Source of the DNA: Entomortierella parvispora E1425
Lineage: Eukaryota; Fungi; Mortierellomycota
Assembly: GCA_020891255.1 (NCBI GenBank)
Contig: BQFW01000005.1
Span: forward strand, 930,001-994,000
DNA: 64,000 nucleotides
Direction: 5' to 3'
A program made the translations under genes and the position numbers. Below, one piece after another: positions 60,323 through 64,000 of this stretch (position 1 is its first letter; every line of letters begins with the position of its first letter). The notes under the pieces are model-generated. The model saw only the letters and a list, made by a program, of their open reading frames with translations, was not told the DNA's origin and did not search any database.

Positions 60323-61896
60323 TTTATCCTCCAACGGATGAATGTTTTTTGGGTAAAGACTTGTCTACAAGGGGTCGTAAAAACAATTCTCCTTCGATGA
60401 ACCCGGGGAATCTAGCGTTTTTGTTGATGCGACAGAAGAAGAAAGGGAGAGGAGGGTCAATGGATATCCAGGGTCGAGACACAACCCGAGAAAAGGAAGA
60501 CGCGTCAAGGGTGAGTGACGCCCACAACAACAAGAGCAAGGGGGCGAGGACTGAGGGCGAGGCGAGACCCTGAAGATGAGTCTCTCAAGTCTAACAGACC
60601 ACCAACAAACGCTCGGTGGTTTGTTGTTCCCCTCTTTGAACTGTTGAGCAAGAAGGCGCGGATGGGAAGGTGGAGGCGAGGGGGTAGAAAATGGGCACAC
60701 GAACCGCCCTGAGAGAAAGCAACCGCGATTGGTTGGTCAAGAAACAATGACCAAAGAGTTGATGATGTTGCTGTCGTCTTCAGTCCAGTTGACAACGGCT
60801 ATAACATCAGGCAAAGTCAACACCATCACGACAAACACGCCAATCCGACAAAAAGACAAAAAACAAGGTTGAGGAGAAAGGGAGATGGTTGAGAGCTCCA
60901 GGGAAAAGAAAAAAAATCCATTCCCTGGTAAAAACTTGATCGAGGGAAAAAACAAAGAGTAGACCGTCAGGGTGCAAAATAGGATTGCACAAAGACGGGC
61001 TAAGGGTGCATCCACAAACAAAGTGCAACACACTGTGTGCGCTAGACTGAACAAACTTTCACAGAAGGTGGGCTCATGCAAGGGACCACACCTGCATGTT
61101 TGCATGCTAAAAGAATTCATTGCTCGTGTGTATTTTCTATTCTGTTCAAAATGTGATTGACATGGCGGCGAAAAGACCTACCGGGAAACCCTGGACGGGC
61201 GACATAGCATTGGGTATCCTCATTTCGTTGAGCAATGTCGACAGAAGGTCTGGGTCTTTCAATATCAACAGCAATTAGTCCTGGCAATTGTAATTTTGTT
61301 CGTTCATAGCGTTCAGGTACAACCCCTCTACCCCTGCACAAGTCATCAAACTCGCCCATGGAGGGGTTTGGCTCGGTTCCTGCATCTGACACGCGTCCCT
61401 CGTGGGGGGTCCGATGCACTGCTTTAGTGCGTGTTCAAATACAGTATGTATCCTTTGGACCATACTTTTTGATAATGCGTCTAGATCCTATCACGGGTCC
61501 ATCCTGCATATTGGACACACCTGTTACCGAGGATTAAGACTCCCCTGGTCCGATTTTTTTTTTCTGTGTAGCCATGCAATGGCACCATCCATGGTTCAAC
61601 TAAACACGACATTGGGCATTCATTGCATGTTGCCGAAATGCCGTCTGCTCTCACGACCATCTTTTCTTTACTCTTTTCTATCCTTCATTCAAAACCCTTG
61701 ACAAAATGGATCAGACCCTGAGCTGACGCGATCGGACAAGACTAATTGTGCATTTGTAAGATTTTCAGAGACCCAAGCGCGTTAATGGGGTTAGCCATTG
61801 CAAAGGTGTAGCTCATAGCTTTTCCCTGGGGAAACGATCAGCCCTTTCCAACCGCACAACCCTTGCATCCTTGTCCTTGAGAACTTGAGAAAAATT

Positions 61897-61904
61897 GTAT
61901 AAAT
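61897..61904 (+). promoter_or_regulatory. TATA box upstream of the subtilase
   Basis: gTATAAATA about 140 bp upstream of the ATG at 62039, followed by a pyrimidine-rich leader. Confidence 0.6.
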
Positions 61905-62038
61905 ACCGACCAAGCAACTCCAGTTTTCCCCTCTTCTCTTCATCCCACATCAGCTTCTCTTCCTCTTCACTCCTCTCTCAACCCCATTCCAACAAACCAA
62001 ACCAAACCAAACCAAACACCAGCTCCTCTTCTGCAACC

Positions 62039-63199
62039 ATGAAGTACACCATCCTCATCGCCGCTGTCATTGCCTTGGTCCAGGCCGCTCCCCTCGTTAA
62101 CAACGGAGGCAAGCCCATCACCGACTCTTACATTGTCATCCTCAAGGACGGTCAGACTGCCGATACTTTCCAGCCCCGCTTTGATGACATTGCCCGCCGC
62201 CAGAACGGCCGTGGTCGCAAGCCCACCATCCACCGAAAGTATGGAAAGATCCCCGGTTTCGCCGCTTCCCTTAGCCCCGCTGCCTTGAAGGAGGTCTTGG
62301 CCTCGCCCGAGGTCGCCTATGTTGAGCAGGATGCCATTGTCACCATCCAGGGATCCCAGTCTTCTCCTCCTTCCTGGGGTCTGACCCGTGTCTCCCAGGG
62401 CAACTTGGACTTGACCAAGCCCTACCTCTACAACGATGCCGCCGGTGAGGGTGTCACTGCCTACGTTGTCGACACTGGTGTCTACGCCGCCCACTCTGAT
62501 TTCGGTGGTCGCGCTACCTTCGGTGCCAACTTCATCACCGGCTCGGCCAACACGGACGAGAACGGTCACGGTACCCACGTTTCCGGCACCATCGGTGGCA
62601 CCAAGTACGGTGTGGCCAAGAAAGTCAACATTGTCGGTGTCAAGGTCTTGGACGCTTCCGGTTCTGGATCCACCTCGGGCGTCGTTGCCGGTATGGACTG
62701 GGTTGCCCAGCGCGCTGTTGCCGGAAAGTCGGTCGTGAACATGTCTCTTGGCGGTGGCAAGTCCCAGGCCATCGATGATGCCGCTGGCCGTCTCTTCAGG
62801 GCTAACATTCCCTTGATCGTCGCCGCCGGTAACACTGCTACTCAGGATGCCTGCACTGGATCTCCCTCGGGTGCCCCTAACACCTTGACGGTCGCTGCCT
62901 CGGACAAGACTGACAAGCCTGCCTCGTTCACCTCCTGGGGATCGTGCGTTGAGATTTTCGGACCCGGTGTTGGCATCACCTCTGCCTGGATCGGATCCAC
63001 CTCTGCGACCAACACCATCTCTGGCACCTCCATGGCCACCCCCCACGTGGTCGGTGTCGCTGCCCTTTACCTCTCCTACAACAGCTTGCCCACTGCCCAG
63101 TCCGTCTTTGACAAGTTGACCTCGACCGCCACCGTTGGCAAGATCACCGGTAACCTCAAGGGATCCCCCAACAAGTTGGTCTTCAACGGTGCCGTCTAA
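62039..63199 (+). CDS. Secreted S8 subtilase (proteinase K-like) with inhibitor-I9 prodomain, 386 aa
   Basis: Signal MKYTILIAAVIALVQA; I9 prodomain YIVILK; catalytic triad motifs VDTG, HGTHV and GTSMATPHV. Intronless with strong C-ending codon bias. Confidence 0.96.
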   Translation: MKYTILIAAVIALVQAAPLVNNGGKPITDSYIVILKDGQTADTFQPRFDDIARRQNGRGRKPTIHRKYGKIPGFAASLSPAALKEVLASPEVAYVEQDAIVTIQGSQSSPPSWGLTRVSQGNLDLTKPYLYNDAAGEGVTAYVVDTGVYAAHSDFGGRATFGANFITGSANTDENGHGTHVSGTIGGTKYGVAKKVNIVGVKVLDASGSGSTSGVVAGMDWVAQRAVAGKSVVNMSLGGGKSQAIDDAAGRLFRANIPLIVAAGNTATQDACTGSPSGAPNTLTVAASDKTDKPASFTSWGSCVEIFGPGVGITSAWIGSTSATNTISGTSMATPHVVGVAALYLSYNSLPTAQSVFDKLTSTATVGKITGNLKGSPNKLVFNGAV

Positions 63200-64000
63200 A
63201 TCTGGCCCCTTTTGGCAGATTCCCCTGAACCATTCTGTTCATTTTGAACCAACGGTTCCCCTCTTTTGTATCTAGTGCGTGTATTTAGTTGTATGTAGTC
63301 AGTCAGTCAAGTTATGACAGAAAGAAGGGGTGGGGGACAGCGTTGATCGTCTCCCCTCCCCCCCACCATTCCCTCTTTTCTTTCTCTTTTTTTTGTGTCC
63401 CTTTCCAATGACTCTTTGTTTCGCTGGTTGAAAAAAAAACATACCTTCAAAAACCTATTCTTTGACAGAATAAAAAAAATTATAAAAAAGCAAAAAAATG
63501 AAAGGATTTGGGGAGAGGAAGAGGACCCATGGGCTCTTTGATCGTTTGTTTCTTTGGTTCTCTTGTTCTCTCAATCTCCACAGGATACCATGGGTCCAAA
63601 AAAAAAAAAAAAAAAAATCGGATCCAGGACAATCCACGCCCTAATTCTCTCATTGGTTGGGATTGAGAGCTACAGTTGGCGCATCTAAGCGCCCATACGC
63701 GCTTAGAAGCATCCAAAATGGCGAGGGAGCTTTAGTAGACTGGGCCTCCATAGTTTATTTGTGTGTTTGGACCCACACACCACATTGCTGATTGGGGCAC
63801 AGTTTATGCCATAATTTCGTCCAGTGACGTCATTATGGCGTGAATTGTCCTCCTTTCACAACGTTTTGCACGCGCGCGGCGCGTCTCGACTTTGGTTCTT
63901 GTCTCATTTGACGCTCTTCATCAACTCTATCTCGTCCCACATTCTTTCACCAACCCTCTCCTTCTCTCGCATTTTCTCGCTCCCTCGCTACTTGCAAGTT

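Noticed and set aside
61895-62038. ORF-track N-terminal extensions (subtilase from 61895, SDR2 from 6902, UAP1 from 39510, exonuclease from 45648, ACBP from 33820)
   Set aside because: They translate pyrimidine-rich 5' leaders, some starting inside the TATA box; downstream ATGs give the family-typical N-termini.
61967-63046. 359-aa antisense ORF over the subtilase; similar long antisense ORFs over SEC61 (46053..46910), UAP1 (39747..40418, 41342..41995) and RBA50 (19714..20433)
   Set aside because: Shadows of strong C-ending codon bias on the coding strand; no motifs of their own.
63808-63839. GCCATAAT...ATTATGGC inverted repeat around a TGACGTCA (CRE) palindrome
   Set aside because: Plausible promoter element of a gene beyond the window, but an 8-bp stem and one site are not enough evidence.

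Overview
Eukaryotic (fungal) genomic DNA with spliceosomal introns, T-rich spacers and GA microsatellites. The gene families suggest an early-diverging fungus, probably Mortierellaceae (inference). 1-14.3 kb is a rearranged accessory region: the 3' end of an F-box/LRR gene, a 112-aa orphan, a decayed copy of the RPAP1 3' end, Ty3/gypsy relics, and four intact tandem short-chain dehydrogenase (SDR) genes that were amplified together with a gypsy integrase fragment and a thioredoxin-fold pseudogene. 14.4-57.2 kb is mostly housekeeping: F-box/LRR, RBA50/RPAP1, IPI1, an ACBP-domain membrane protein, UAP1/QRI1, a WRN/EXD2-like exonuclease, SEC61, PRP16, RBG1 and OST1. It is interrupted by a small island (25.6-30.8 kb) holding a 198-aa orphan, a small secreted Cys-rich protein missed by the ORF track, and a frameshifted secreted-protein pseudogene. 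A secreted proteinase K-like subtilase lies at 62.0-63.2 kb. The best candidate for an undescribed system is an 8-exon gene (34598-37491, 712 aa by my splice reconstruction) that fuses an intact SPX inositol-pyrophosphate-sensing domain to a complete AstE/AspA (M14-like) zinc deacylase. No tRNA, rRNA or CRISPR array was recognised. Exon structures were reconstructed by eye and all family assignments are from motif recognition, not database searches.
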